From assembly GCA_040954595.2 (NCBI GenBank), contig CM082585.2, positions 2,386,902 through 2,450,901 of the forward strand: a stretch of 64,000 nucleotides of DNA. The letters run 5' to 3'. How positions within the stretch are numbered: position 1 is the stretch's first letter; each line of letters opens with the position of its first letter. Of the stretch, positions 1 through 15,000 are shown piece by piece. The stretch is from Balanoglossus misakiensis. Its lineage: Eukaryota; Animalia; Hemichordata. The notes under the pieces were generated by a model. It saw nothing but the letters and a program-made list of their open reading frames with translations, was not told where the DNA came from and did no database searches. The position numbers and the translations under genes were made by a program.

Positions 1-3000
1 TTTCCATGGTTGCTTCCAAACACAGCCTCGTTTGTTTACAAAATTCTGTTGTGATGCGCAGAACACATATATAGGCCTATGCGCATAAGAACGTTTTCCA
101 CTAGACTCTGTAGATCGACGGATAGTTCTAAAATTTCCATGGTTGCTTCCAGACAGCCTCGTTTATTTACCAAATTCTGTTGTGAGGCACAGAACACATA
201 GATAGGCCTATGTGCATAAGAAAGTTTTCCACTATAGACTCTGTAGATCGAGAGATAGTTCTAAAATGTCCATGGTTGCTTTCAAACACAGCCTCGTTTG
301 TTTACAAAATTCTTTTGTGATGCGCAGAACACATATATAGGCCTATGCGCATAAGAACGTTTTCCACTAGACTCTGTAGATCGACGGATAGTTGTAAAAT
401 TTCCATGGTTGCTTCCAAACAGCCTCGTTTATTTACCGAATTCTGTTGTGAGGCACACAACACATAGATAGGCCTATGTGCATAAGAAAGTTTTCCACTA
501 TAGACTCTGTAGATCGAGAGATAGTTCTAAAATGTCCATGGTTGCTTCCAAACACAGCCTCGTTTGTTTACAAAATTCTGTTGTGATGCGCAGAACACAT
601 ATATAGGCCTATGCGCATAATAACGTTTTCCACTAGACTCTGTAGATCGACGGATAGTTGTAAAATTTCCATGGTTGCTTCCAAACAGCCTCGTTTATTT
701 ACCGAATTCTGTTGTGAGGCGCAGAACACATAGATAGGCATATGTGCATAAGAAAGTTTTCCACTATAGACTCTGTAGATCGAGAGATAGTTCTAAAATG
801 TCCATGGTTGCTACCAAACACAGCCTCGTTTGTTTACAAAATTCTGTTGTGATGCGCAGAACACATATATAGGCCTATGCGCATAAGAACGTTTCCACTA
901 GACTCTGTAGATCGACGGATAGCTATACAATTTCCATGGTTGCTTCCAAACAGCCTCGTTTATTTACCGATTTCTGTTGTGAGGCGCAGAACACATGATA
1001 GGCCTATGCGCATGAGACATTTTTCCACTAGACTCTGTAGATCGACGGATAGTTGTAAAATTTCATGGTTGCTTCCAAACACAGCCTCGTTTGTTTACAA
1101 AATTCTGTTGTGATGCGCAGAACACATATATAGGCCTATGCGCATAATAACGTTTTCCACTAGACTCTGTAGATCGACGGATAGTTGTAAAATTTCCATG
1201 GTTGCTTCCAAACAGCCTCGTTTATTTACCGAATTCTGTTGTGAGGCGCAGAACACATAGATAGGCATATGTGCATCAGAAAGTTTTCCACTATAGACTC
1301 TGTAGATCGAGAGATAGTTCTAAAATGTCCATGGTTGCTACCAAACACAGCCTCGTTTGTTTACAAAATTCTGTTGTGATGCGCAGAACACATATATAGG
1401 CCTATGCGCATAAGAACGTTTCCACTAGACTCTGTAGATCGACGGATAGTTGTACAATTTCCATGGTTGCTTCCAAACAGCCTCGTTTATTTACCGATTT
1501 CTGTTGTGAGGCGCAGAACACATGATAGGCCTATGCGCATAAGAAAGTTTTCCACCAGACTCCGTAGATCGACGGATAGTTGTAAAATTTCCATGGTTGT
1601 TTCCAAACACAGCCTCGTTCATTTACAAAATTCTGTTGTTATGCGCTGAACACATACATATGCCTATGCGCATAAGAAAGTTTCCACTAGACTCTGTAGA
1701 TCGACGGATAGTTCTAAAATTTCCATGATTGCTTCCAAACACATCCTCGATTATTTACAAAATTCTGTTGTGATGCGCAGAACACATAGATAGGCCTATG
1801 CGCATATGAACGTTTTCCACTATACACTGTAGATCGAGAGATAGTTCTAAAACTTCCATGTTTGCTTCCAAACAGCCTCGTTTATTTGCGGAATTCTGTT
1901 TTGAGGCGCAGAACACATAGATAGGCATATGTGAATAAGAAAGTTTTCCACTATAGACTCTGTAGATCGAGAGATAGTTGTAAAATTTCCATGGTTGCTT
2001 CCAAACAGCCTCGTTTATTTACCGATTTCTGTTGTGAGGCGCAGAACACATAGATAGGCCTATGCGCATAAAAAACTTTTCAACTTTAGATCAACGGATA
2101 GTTCAAAAATTTCCATGGTTGTTTCCAAACAGCCTCGTTTATTTACCGAATTCTGTTGTGATGCGTAGAACACATACATATGCCTATGCGCATAAGAAAG
2201 TTTTCCACTAGACTCCGTAGATCGACGAATAGTTCTAAAATGTCCATGGTTGCTTCCAAACAAAGCCTGGTTTGTTTACAAAATTCTGTTGTGATGCGCA
2301 GAACACATAGATAGGCCTATGCGCATATGAACGTTTTCCACTATACTCTGTAGATCGAGAGTTAGTTCTAAAATTTCCATGTTTGCTTCCAAACAGCCTC
2401 GTTTATTTACGGAATTCTGTTTTGAGGCGCAGAACACATAGATAGGCATATGTGCATAAGAAAGTTTTCCACTATAGACTCTGTACATCGAGAGATAGTT
2501 CTAAAATTTCCATGGTTGCTTCCAAACACAGCCTCGTTTGTTTACAAAATTCTGTTGTGATGCGCAGAACACATATATAGGCCTATGCGCATAAGAACGT
2601 TTTCCACTAGACTCTGTAGATCGACGGATAGTTCTAAAATTTCCATGGTTGCTTCCAAACAGCCTCGTTTATTTACCGAATTCTGTTGTGAGGCACAGAA
2701 CACATAGATAGGCCTATGTGCATAAGAAAGTTTTCCACTATAGACTCTGTAGATCGAGAGATAGTTCTAAAATGTCCATGGTTGCTTTCAAACACAGCCT
2801 CGTTTGTTTACAAAACTCTTTTGTGATGCGCAGAACACATATATAGGCCTATGCGCATAAGAACGTTTTCCACTAGACTCTGTAGATCGACGGATAGTTG
2901 TAAAATTTCCATGGTTGCTTCCAAACAGCCTCGTTTATTTACCGAATTCTGTTGTGAGGCACAGAACACATAGATAGGCCTATGTGCATAAGAAAGTTTT

Positions 3001-6000
3001 CCACTATAGACTCTGTAGATCGAGAGATAGTTCTAAAATGTCCATGGTTGCTTCCAAACACAGCCTCGTTTGTTTACAAAATTCTGTTGTGATGCGCAGA
3101 ACACATATATAGGCCTATGCGCATAATAACGTTTTCCACTAGACTCTGTAGATCGACGGATAGTTGTAAAATTTCCATGGTTGCTTCCAAACAGCCTCGT
3201 TTATTTACCGAATTCTGTTGTGAGGCGCAGAACACATAGATAGGCATATGTGCATAAGAAAGTTTTCCACTATAGACTCTGTAGATCGAGAGATAGTTCT
3301 AAAATGTCCATGGTTGCTACCAAACACAGCCTCGTTTGTTTACAAAATTCTGTTGTGATGCGCAGAACACATATATAGGCCTATGCGCATAAGAACGTTT
3401 CCACTAGACTCTGTAGATCGACGGATAGCTATACAATTTCCATGGTTGCTTCCAAACAGCCTCGTTTATTTACCGATTTCTGTTGTGAGGCGCAGAACAC
3501 ATGATAGGCCTATGCGCATGAGACATTTTTCCACTAGACTCTGTAGATCGACGGATAGTTGTAAAATTTCATGGTTGCTTCCAAATACAGCCTCGTTTAT
3601 TTAGCGATTTCTGTTGTGATGCGCATAACACATAGATAGGCCTATGCGCATAAGAACGTTTTCCACTAGACTTTGTAGATCGACGGATAGTTGTACAATG
3701 TCCATGGTTGCTTCCAAACAGCCTCGTTTATTTACCGAATTGTGTTGTGAGGCGCAGAACACGTAATAGGTCTATGCGCATAAGGAAGTTTTCCACCAGA
3801 CTCTGTAGATCGACGGATAGTTGTAAAATTTCATGGTTGCTACCAAACACAGCCTCGTTTGTTTACAAAATTCTGTTGTGATGCGCAGAACACATATATA
3901 GGCCTATGCGCATAAGAACGTTTCCACTAGACTCTGTAGATCGACGGATAGTTGTACAATTTCCATGGTTGCTTCCAAACAGCCTCGTTTATTTACCGAT
4001 TTCTGTTGTGAGGCGCAGAACACATGATAGGCCTATGCGCATAAGAAAGTTTTCCACCAGACTCCGTAGATCGACGGATAGTTGTAAAATTTCCATGGTT
4101 GTTTCCAAACACAGCCTCGTTCATTTACAAAATTCTGTTGTTATGCGCTGAACACATACATATGCCTATGCGCATAAGAAAGTTTCCACTAGACTCTGTA
4201 GATCGACGGATAGTTCTAAAATTTCCATGATTGCTTCCAAACACATCCTCGATTATTTACAAAATTCTGTTGTGATGCGCAGAACACATAGATAGGCCTA
4301 TGCGCATATGAACGTTTTCCACTATACACTGTAGATCGAGAGATAGTTCTAAAACTTCCATGTTTGCTTCCAAACAGCCTCGTTTATTTGCGGAATTCTG
4401 TTTTGAGGCGCAGAACACATAGATAGGCATATGTGAATAAGAAAGTTTTCCACTATAGACTCTGTAGATCGAGAGATAGTTGTAAAATTTCCATGGTTGC
4501 TTCCAAACAGCCTCGTTTATTTACCGATTTCTGTTGTGAGGCGCAGAACACATAGATAGGCCTATGCGCATAAAAAACTTTTCAACTTTAGATCAACGGA
4601 TAGTTCAAAAATTTCCATGGTTGTTTCCAAACAGCCTCGTTTATTTACCGAATTCTGTTGTGATGCGTAGAACACATACATATGCCTATGCGCATAAGAA
4701 AGTTTTCCACTAGACTCCGTAGATCGACGAATAGTTCTAAAATGTCCATGGTTGCTTCCAAACAAAGCCTGGTTTGTTTACAAAATTCTGTTGTGATGCG
4801 CAGAACACATAGATAGGCCTATGCGCATATGAACGTTTTCCACTATACTCTGTAGATCGAGAGTTAGTTCTAAAATTTCCATGTTTGCTTCCAAACAGCC
4901 TCGTTTATTTACGGAATTCTGTTTTGAGGCGCAGAACACATAGATAGGCATATGTGCATAAGAAAGTTTTCCACTATAGACTCTGTACATCGAGAGATAG
5001 TTCTAAAATTTCCATGGTTGCTTCCAAACACAGCCTCGTTTGTTTACAAAATTCTGTTGTGATGCGCAGAACACATATATAGGCCTATGCGCATAAGAAC
5101 GTTTTCCACTAGACTCTGTAGATCGACGGATAGTTCTAAAATTTCCATGGTTGCTTCCAAACAGCCTCGTTTATTTACCGAATTCTGTTGTGAGGCACAG
5201 AACACATAGATAGGCCTATGTGCATAAGAAAGTTTTCCACTATAGACTCTGTAGATCGAGAGATAGTTCTAAAATGTCCATGGTTGCTTTCAAACACAGC
5301 CTCGTTTGTTTACAAAACTCTTTTGTGATGCGCAGAACACATATATAGGCCTATGCGCATAAGAACGTTTTCCACTAGACTCTGTAGATCGACGGATAGT
5401 TGTAAAATTTCCATGGTTGCTTCCAAACAGCCTCGTTTATTTACCGAATTCTGTTGTGAGGCACAGAACACATAGATAGGCCTATGTGCATAAGAAAGTT
5501 TTCCACTATAGACTCTGTAGATCGAGAGATAGTTCTAAAATGTCCATGGTTGCTTCCAAACACAGCCTCGTTTGTTTACAAAATTCTGTTGTGATGCGCA
5601 GAACACATATATAGGCCTATGCGCATAATAACGTTTACCACTAGACTCTGTAGATCGACGGATAGTTGTAAAATTTCCATGGTTGCTTCCAAACAGCCTC
5701 GTTTATTTACCGAATTCTGTTGTGAGGCGCAGAACACATAGATAGGCATATGTGCATAAGAAAGTTTTCCACTATAGACTCTGTAGATCGAGAGATAGTT
5801 CTAAAATGTCCATGGTTGCTACCAAACACAGCCTCGTTTGTTTACAAAATTCTGTTGTGATGCGCAGAACACATATATAGGCCTATGCGCATAAGAACGT
5901 TTCCACTAGACTCTGTAGATCGACGGATAGCTATACAATTTCCATGGTTGCTTCCAAACAGCCTCGTTTATTTACCGATTTCTGTTGTGAGGCGCAGAAC

Positions 6001-9000
6001 ACATGATAGGCCTATGCGCATGAGACATTTTTCCACTAGACTCTGTAGATCGACGGATAGTTGTAAAATTTCATGGTTGCTTCCAAATACAGCCTCGTTT
6101 ATTTAGCGATTTCTGTTGTGATGCGCATAACACATAGATAGGCCTATGCGCATAAGAACGTTTTCCACTAGACTTTGTAGATCGACGGATAGTTGTACAA
6201 TGTCCATGGTTGCTTCCAAACAGCCTCGTTTATTTACCGAATTGTGTTGTGAGGCGCAGAACACGTAATAGGTCTATGCGCATAAGGAAGTTTTCCACCA
6301 GACTCTGTAGATCGACGGATAGTTGTAAAATTTCATGGTTGCTTCCAAATACAGCCTCGATTATTTACCGATTTCTGTTGTGATGCGCATAACACATAGA
6401 TAGGCCTATGCGCATAAGAACGTTTTCCACTAGACTCTGTAGATCGACGGATAGTTGTACAATTTCCATGGTTGCTTCCAAACAGCCTCGTTTATTTACC
6501 GATTTCTGTTGTGAGGCGCAGAACACATGATAGGCCTATGCGCATAAGACATTTTTCCACTAGACTCTGTAGATCGACGGATAGTTCTAAAATTTCCATG
6601 GTTGCTTCCAAACAGCCTCGTTTATTTACCGAATTCTGTTGTGAGGCGCAGAGCACGTAATAGGCCTATGCGCATAAGAAAGTTTTCCACCAGACTCTGT
6701 AGATCGACGGATAGTTGTAAAATTTCCATGGTTGCTTCCAAACAGCCTCGTTTATTTACCGATTTCTGTTGTGATGCGCAGAACACATAGATAGGCATAT
6801 GTGCATAATAAAGTTTTCCACTAGACTCTGTAGATCGAGAGATAGTTCTAAAATTTCCATGGTTGCTTCCAAACACAGCCTCGTTTGTTTACAAAATTCT
6901 GTTGTGATGCGCAGAACACATATATAGGCCTATGCGCATAATAACGTTTTCCACTAGACTCTGTAGATCGACGGATAGTTGTAAAATTTCCATGGTTGCT
7001 TCCAAACAGCCTCGTTTATTTACCGAATTCTGTTGTGAGGCGCAGAACACATAGATAGGCATATGTGCATAAGAAAGTTTTCCACTATAGACTCTGTAGA
7101 TCGAGAGATAGTTCTAAAATGTCCATGGTTGCTTCCAAACACAGCCTCGTTTGTTTACAAAATTCTGTTGTGATGCGCAGAACACATATATAGGCCTATG
7201 CGCATAATAACGTTTTCCACTAGACTCTGTAGATCGACGGATAGTTGTAAAATTTCCATGGTTGCTTCCAAACAGCCTCGTTTATTTACCGAATTCTGTT
7301 GTGAGGCGCAGAACACATAGATAGGCATATGTGCATAAGAAAGTTTTCCACTATAGACTCTGTAGATCGAGAGATAGTTCTAAAATGTCCATGGTTGCTA
7401 CCAAACACAGCCTCGTTTGTTTACAAAATTCTGTTGTGATGCGCAGAACACATATATAGGCCTATGCGCATAAGAACGTTTCCACTAGACTCTGTAGATC
7501 GACGGATAGCTGTAAAATTTCCATGGTTGCTTCCAAACAGCCTCGTTTATTTACCGATTTCTGTTGTGAGGCGCAGAACACATGATAGGCCTATGCGCAT
7601 GAGACATTTTTCCACTAGACTCTGTAGATCGACGGATAGTTGTAAAATTTCATTGTTGCTTCCAAATACAGCCTCGTTTATTTAGCGATTTCTGTTGTGA
7701 TGCGCATAACACATAGATAGGCCTATGCGCATAAGAACGTTTTCCACTAGACTTTGTAGATCGACGGATAGTTGTACAATGTCCATGGTTGCTTCCAAAC
7801 AGCCTCGTTTATTTACCGAATTCTGTTGTGAGGCGCAGAACACATGATAGGCCTATGCGCATAAGACATTTTTCCACTAGACTCTGTAGATCGACGGATA
7901 GTTCTAAAATTTCCATGGTTGCTTCCAAACAGCCTCGTTTATTTACCGAATTCTGTTGTGAGGCGCAGAGCACGTAATAGGCCTATGCGCATAAGAAAGT
8001 TTTCCACCAGACTCTGTAGATCGACGGATAGTTGTAAAATTTCCATGGTTGCTTCCAAACAGCCTCGTTTATTTACCGATTTCTGTTGTGATGCGCAGAA
8101 CACATAGATAGGCATATGTGCATAATAAAGTTTTCCACTAGACTCTGTAGATCGAGAGATAGTTCTAAAATTTCCATGGTTGCTTCCAAACACAGCCTCG
8201 TTTGTTTACAAAATTCTGTTGTGATGCGCAGAACACATATATAGGCCTATGCGCATAATAACGTTTTCCACTAGACTCTGTAGATCGACGGATAGTTGTA
8301 AAATTTCCATGGTTGCTTCCAAACAGCCTCGTTTATTTACCGAATTCTATTGTGAGGCGCAGAACACATAGATAGGCATATGTGCATAAGAAAGTTTTCC
8401 ACTATAGACTCTGTAGATCGAGAGATAGTTCTAAAATGTCCATGGTTGCTTCCAAACACAGCCTCGTTTGTTTACAAAATTCTGTTGTGATGCGCAGAAC
8501 ACATATATAGGCCTATGCGCATAATAACGTTTTCCACTAGACTCTGTAGATCGACGGATAGTTATAAAATTTCCATGGTTGCTTCCAAACAGCCTCGTTT
8601 ATTTACCGAATTCTGTTGTGAGGCGCAGAACACATAGATAGGCATATGTGCATAAGAAAGTTTTCCACTATAGACTCTGTAGATCGAGAGATAGTTCTAA
8701 AATGTCCATGGTTGCTACCAAACACAGCCTCGTTTGTTTACAAAATTCTGTTGTGATGCGCAGAACACATATATAGGCCTATGCGCATAAGAACGTTTCC
8801 ACTAGACTCTGTAGATCGACGGATAGCTGTAAAATTTCCATGGTTGCTTCCAAACAGCCTCGTTTATTTACCGATTTCTGTTGTGAGGCGCAGAACACAT
8901 GATAGGCCTATGCGCATGAGACATTTTTCCACTAGACTCTGTAGATCGACGGATAGTTGTAAAATTTCATGGTTGCTTCCAAATACAGCCTCGTTTATTT

Positions 9001-12000
9001 AGCGATTTCTGTTGTGATGCGCATAACACATAGATAGGCCTATGCGCATAAGAACGTTTTCCACTAGACTTTGTAGATCGACGGATAGTTGTACAATGTC
9101 CATGGTTGCTTCCAAACAGCCTCGTTTATTTACCGAATTCTGTTGTGAGGCGCAGAACACGTAATAGGTCTATGCGCATAAGGAAGTTTTCCACCAGACT
9201 CTGTAGATCGACGGATAGTTGTAAAATTTCATGGTTGCTTCCAAATACAGCCTCGTTTATTTACCGATTTCTGTTGTGATGCGCATAACACATAGATAGG
9301 CCTATGCGCATAAGAACGTTTTCCACTAGACTCTGTAGATCGACGGATAGTTGTACAATTTCCATGGTTGCTTCCAAACAGCCTCGTTTATTTACCGATT
9401 TCTGTTGTGAGGCACAGAACACATGATAGGCCTATGCGCATAAGACATTTTTCCACTAGACTCTGTAGATCGACGGATAGTTCTAAAATTTCCATGGTTG
9501 CTTCCAAACAGCCTCGTTTATTTACCGAATTCTGTTGTGAGGCGCAGAGCACGTAATAGGCCTATGCGCATAAGAAAGTTTTCCACCAGACTCTGTAGAT
9601 CGACGGATAGTTGTAAAATTTCCATGGTTGCTTCCAAACAGCCTCGTTTATTTACCGATTTCTGTTGTGATGCGCAGAACACATAGATAGGCATATGTGC
9701 ATAATAAAGTTTTCCACTAGACTCTGTAGATCGAGAGATAGTTCTAAAATTTCCATGGTTGCTTCCAAACACAGCCTCGTTTGTTTACAAAATTCTGTTG
9801 TGATGCGCAGAACACATATATAGGCCTATGCGCATAATAACGTTTTCCACTAGACTCTGTAGATCGACGGATAGTTGTAAAATTTCCATGGTTGCTTCCA
9901 AACAGCCTCGTTTATTTACCGAATTCTGTTGTGAGGCGCAGAACACATAGATAGGCATATGTGCATAAGAAAGTTTTCCACTATAGACTCTGTAGATCGA
10001 GAGATAGTTCTAAAATGTCCATGGTTGCTACCAAACACAGCCTCGTTTGTTTACAAAATTCTGTTGTGATGCGCAGAACACATATATAGGCATATGTGCA
10101 TAAGAAAGTTTTCCACTATAGACTCTGTAGATCGAGAGATAGTTCTAAAATGTCCATGGTTGCTTCCAAACACAGCCTCGTTTGTTTACAAAATTCTGTT
10201 GTGATGCGCAGAACACATATATAGGCCTATGCGCATAAGAACGTTTCCACTAGACTCTGTAGATCGACGGATAGCTGTAAAATTTCCATGGTTGCTTTTA
10301 AACAGCCTCGTTTATTTACCGATTTCTGTTGTGAGGCGCAGAACACATAGATAGGCATATGTGCATAAGAAAGTTTTCCACTATAGACTCTGTAGATCGA
10401 TGGATAGTTGTACAATTTCCATGGTTGCTTCCAAATACAGCCTCGTTTATTTACCGATTTCTGTTGTGATGCGCATAACACATAGATAGGCCTATGCGCA
10501 TAAGAACGTTTTCCACTAGACTCTGTAGATCGACGGATAGTTGTACAATTTCCATGGTTGCTTCCAAACAGCCTCGTTTATTTACCGATTTCTGTTGTGA
10601 GGCACAGAACACATGATAGGCCTATGCGCATAAGACAATTTTCCACTAGACTCTGTAGATCGACGGATAGTTCTAAAATTTCCATGGTTGCTTCCAAACA
10701 GCCTCGTTTATTTACCGAATTCTGTTGTGAGTCGCAGAGCACGTAATAGGCCTATGCGCATAAGAAAGTTTTCCACCAGACTCTGTAGATCGACGGATAG
10801 TTGTAAAATTTCCATGGTTGCTTCCAAACAGCCTCGTTTATTTACCGATTTCTGTTGTGATGCGCAGAACACATATATAGGCATATGTGCATAATAAAGT
10901 TTTCCACTAGACTCTGTAGATCGAGAGATAGTTCTAAAATTTCCATGGTTGCTTCCAAACACAGCCTCGTTTGTTTACAAAATTCTGTTGTGATGCGCAG
11001 AACACATATATAGGCCTATGCGCATAATAACGTTTTCCACTAGACTCTGTAGATCGACGGATAGTTGTAAAATTTCCATGGTTGCTTCCAAACAGCCTCG
11101 TTTATTTACCGAATTCTGTTGTGAGGCGCAGAACACATAGATAGGCATATGTGCATAAGAAAGTTTTCCACTATAGACTCTGTAGATCGAGAGATAGTTC
11201 TAAAATGTCCATGGTTGCTTCCAAACACAGCCTCGTTTGTTCACAAAATTCTGTTGTGATGCGCAGAACACATATATAGGCCTATGCGCATAAGAACGTT
11301 TCCACTAGACTCTGTAGATCGACGGATAGCTGTAAAATTTCCATGGTTGCTTTTAAACAGCCTCGTTTATTTACCGATTTCTGTTGTGAGGCGCAGAACA
11401 CATAGATAGGCATATGTGCATAAGAAAGTTTTCCACTATAGACTCTGTAGATCGAGAGATAGTTCTAAAATGTCCATGGTTGCTTCCAAACACAGCCTCG
11501 TTTATTTAGCGATTTCTGTTGTGATGCGCATAACACATAGATAGGCCTATGCGCATAAGAACGTTTTCCACTAGACTCTGTAGATCGACGGATAGTTGTA
11601 CAATTTCCATGGTTGCTTCCAAACAGCATCGTTTATTTACCGAATTCTGTTGTGAGGCGCAGAACACGTAATAGGTCTATGCGCATAAGGAAGTTTTCCA
11701 CCAGACTCTGTAGATCGACGGATAGTTGTAAAATTTCATGATTGCTTCCAAATACAGCCTCGTTTATTTACCGATTTCTGTTGTGATGCGCATAACACAT
11801 AGATAGGCCTATGCGCATAAGAACGTTTTCCACTAGACTATGTAGATCGACGGATAGTTGTACAATTTCCATGGTTGCTTCCAAACAGCCTCGTTTATTT
11901 ACCGATTTCTGTTGTGAGGCGCAGAACACATGATAGGCCTATGCGCATAAGAAAGTTTTCCACCAGACTCCGTAGATCGACGGATAGTTGTAAAATTTCC

Positions 12001-15000
12001 ATGGTTGTTTCCAAACACAGCCTCGTTCATTTATAAAATTCTGTTGTGATGCGCTGAACACATACATATGCCTATGCGCATAAGAAAGTTTCCCACTAGA
12101 CTCTGTAGATCGACGGATAGTTCTAAAATTTCCATGATTGCTTCCAAACAGCCTCGTTTATTTACCGAATTCTGTTGTGAGGCGCAGAGCACGTAATAGG
12201 CCTATGCGCATAAGAAAGTTTTCCACCAGACTCTGTAGATCGACGGATAGTTGTAAAATTTCCATGGTTGCTTCCAAACAGCCTCGTTTATTTACCGATT
12301 TCTGTTGTGATGCGCAGAACACATAGATAGGCATATGTGCATAATAAAGTTTTCCACTAGACTCTGTAGATGGAGAGATAGTTCTAAAATTTCCATGGTT
12401 GCTTCCAAACACAGCCTCGTTTGTTTACAAAATTCTGTTGTGATGCGCAGAACACATATATAGGCCTATGCGCATAATAACGTTTTCCACTAGACTCTGT
12501 AGATCGACGGATAGTTGTAAAATTTCCATGGTTGCTTCCAAACAGCCTCGTTTATTTACCGAATTCTGTTGTGAGGCGCAGAACACATAGATAGGCATAT
12601 GTGCATAAGCAAGTTTTCCACTATAGACTCTGTAGATCGAGAGATAGTTCTAAAATGTCCATGGTTGCTACCAAACACAGCCTCGTTTGTTTACAAAATT
12701 CTGTTGTGATGCGCAGAACACATATATAGGCCTATGCGCATAAGAACGTTTCCACTAGACTCTGTAGATCGACGGATAGCTGTAAAATTTCCATGGTTGC
12801 TTCCAAACAGCCTCGTTTATTTACCGATTTCTGTTGTGATGCGCAGAACACATAGATAGGCATATGTGCATAATAAAGTTTTCCACTAGACTCTGTAGAT
12901 CGAGAGATAGTTCTAAAATTTCCATGGTTGCTTCCAAACACAGCCTCGTTTGTTTACAAAATTCTGTTGTGATGCGCAGAACACATATATAGGCCTATGC
13001 GCATAATAACGTTTTCCACTAGACTCTGTAGATCGACGGATAGTTGTAAAATTTCCATGGTTGCTTCCAAACAGCCTCGTTTATTTATCGAATTCTGTTG
13101 TGAGGCGCAGAACACATAGATAGGCATATGTGCATAAGAAAGTTTTCCACTATAGACTCTGTAGATCGAGAGATAGTTCTAAAATGTCCATGGTTGCTTC
13201 CAAACACAGCCTCGTTTGTTTACAAAATTCTGTTGTGATGCGCAGAACACATATATAGGCCTATGCGCATAATAACGTTTTCCACTAGACTCTGTTGATC
13301 GACGGATAGTTGTAAAATTTCCATGGTTGCTTCCAAACAGCCTCGTTTATTTACCGAATTCTGTTGTGAGGCGCAGAACACATAGATAGGCATATGTGCA
13401 TAAGAAAGTTTTCCACTATAGACTCTGTAGATCGAGAGATAGTTCTAAAATGTCCATGGTTGCTACCAAACACAGCCTCGTTTGTTTACAAAATTCTGTT
13501 GTGATGCGCAGAACACATATATAGGCCTATGCGCATAAGAACGTTTCCACTAGACTCTGTAGATCGACGGATAGCTGTAAAATTTCCATGGTTGCTTCCA
13601 AACAGCCTCGTTTATTTACCGATTTCTGTTGTGAGGCGCAGAACACATGATAGGCCTATGCGCATGAGACATTTTTCCACTAGACTCTGTAGATCGACGG
13701 ATAGTTGTAAAATTTCATGGTTGCTTCCAAATACAGCCTCGTTTATTTAGCGATTTCTGTTGTGATGCGCATAACACATAGATAGGCCTATGCGCATAAG
13801 AACGTTTTCCACTAGACTGTGTAGATCGACGGATAGTTGTACAATGTCCATGGTTGCTTCCAAACAGCCTCGTTTATTTACCGAATTCTGTTGTGAGGCG
13901 CAGAACACGTAATAGGTCTATGCGCATAAGGAAGTTTTCCACCAGACTCTGTAGATCGACGGATAGTTGTAAAATTTCATGGTTGCTTCCAAATACAGCC
14001 TCGTTTATTTACCGATTTCTGTTGTGATGCGCATAACACATAGATAGGCCTATGCGCATAATAACGTTTTCCACTAGACTCTGTAGATCGACGGATAGTT
14101 GTAAAATTTCCATGGTTGCTTCCAAACAGCCTCGTTTATTTACCGAATTCTGTTGTGAGGCGCAGAACACATAGATAGGCATATGTGCATAAGAAAGTTT
14201 TCCACTATAGACTCTGTAGATCGAGAGATAGTTCTAAAATGTCCATGGTTGCTTCCAAACACAGCCTCGTTTGTTTACAAAATTCTGTTGTGATGCGCAG
14301 AACACATATATAGGCCTATGCGCATAATAACGTTTTCCACTAGACTCTGTAGATCGACGGATAGTTGTAAAATTTCCATGGTTGCTTCCAAACAGCCTCG
14401 TTTATTTACCGAATTCTGTTGTGAGGCGCAGAACACATAGATAGGCATATGTGCATAAGAAAGTTTTCCACTATAGACTCTGTAGATCGAGAGATAGTTC
14501 TAAAATGTCCATGGTTGCTACCAAACACAGCCTCGTTTGTTTACAAAATTCTGTTGTGATGCGCAGAACACATATATAGGCCTATGCGCATAAGAACGTT
14601 TCCACTAGACTCTGTAGATCGACGGATAGCTGTAAAATTTCCATGGTTGCTTCCAAACAGCCTCGTTTATTTACCGATTTCTGTTGTGAGGCGCAGAACA
14701 CATGATAGGCCTATGCGCATGAGACATTTTTCCACTAGACTCTGTAGATCGACGGATAGTTGTAAAATTTCATGGTTGCTTCCAAATACAGCCTCGTTTA
14801 TTTAGCGATTTCTGTTGTGATGCGCATAACACATAGATAGGCCTATGCGCATAAGAACGTTTTCCACTAGACTTTGTAGATCGACGGATAGTTGTACAAT
14901 GTCCATGGTTGCTTCCAAACAGCCTCGTTTATTTACCGAATTCTGTTGTGAGGCGCAGAACACGTAATAGGTCTATGCGCATAGGGAAGTTTTCCACCAG

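Noticed and set aside
424-440. CENP-B-box-like motif in CTCGTTTATTTACCGA
   Set aside because: It lacks the required TTCG....A..CGGG positions.
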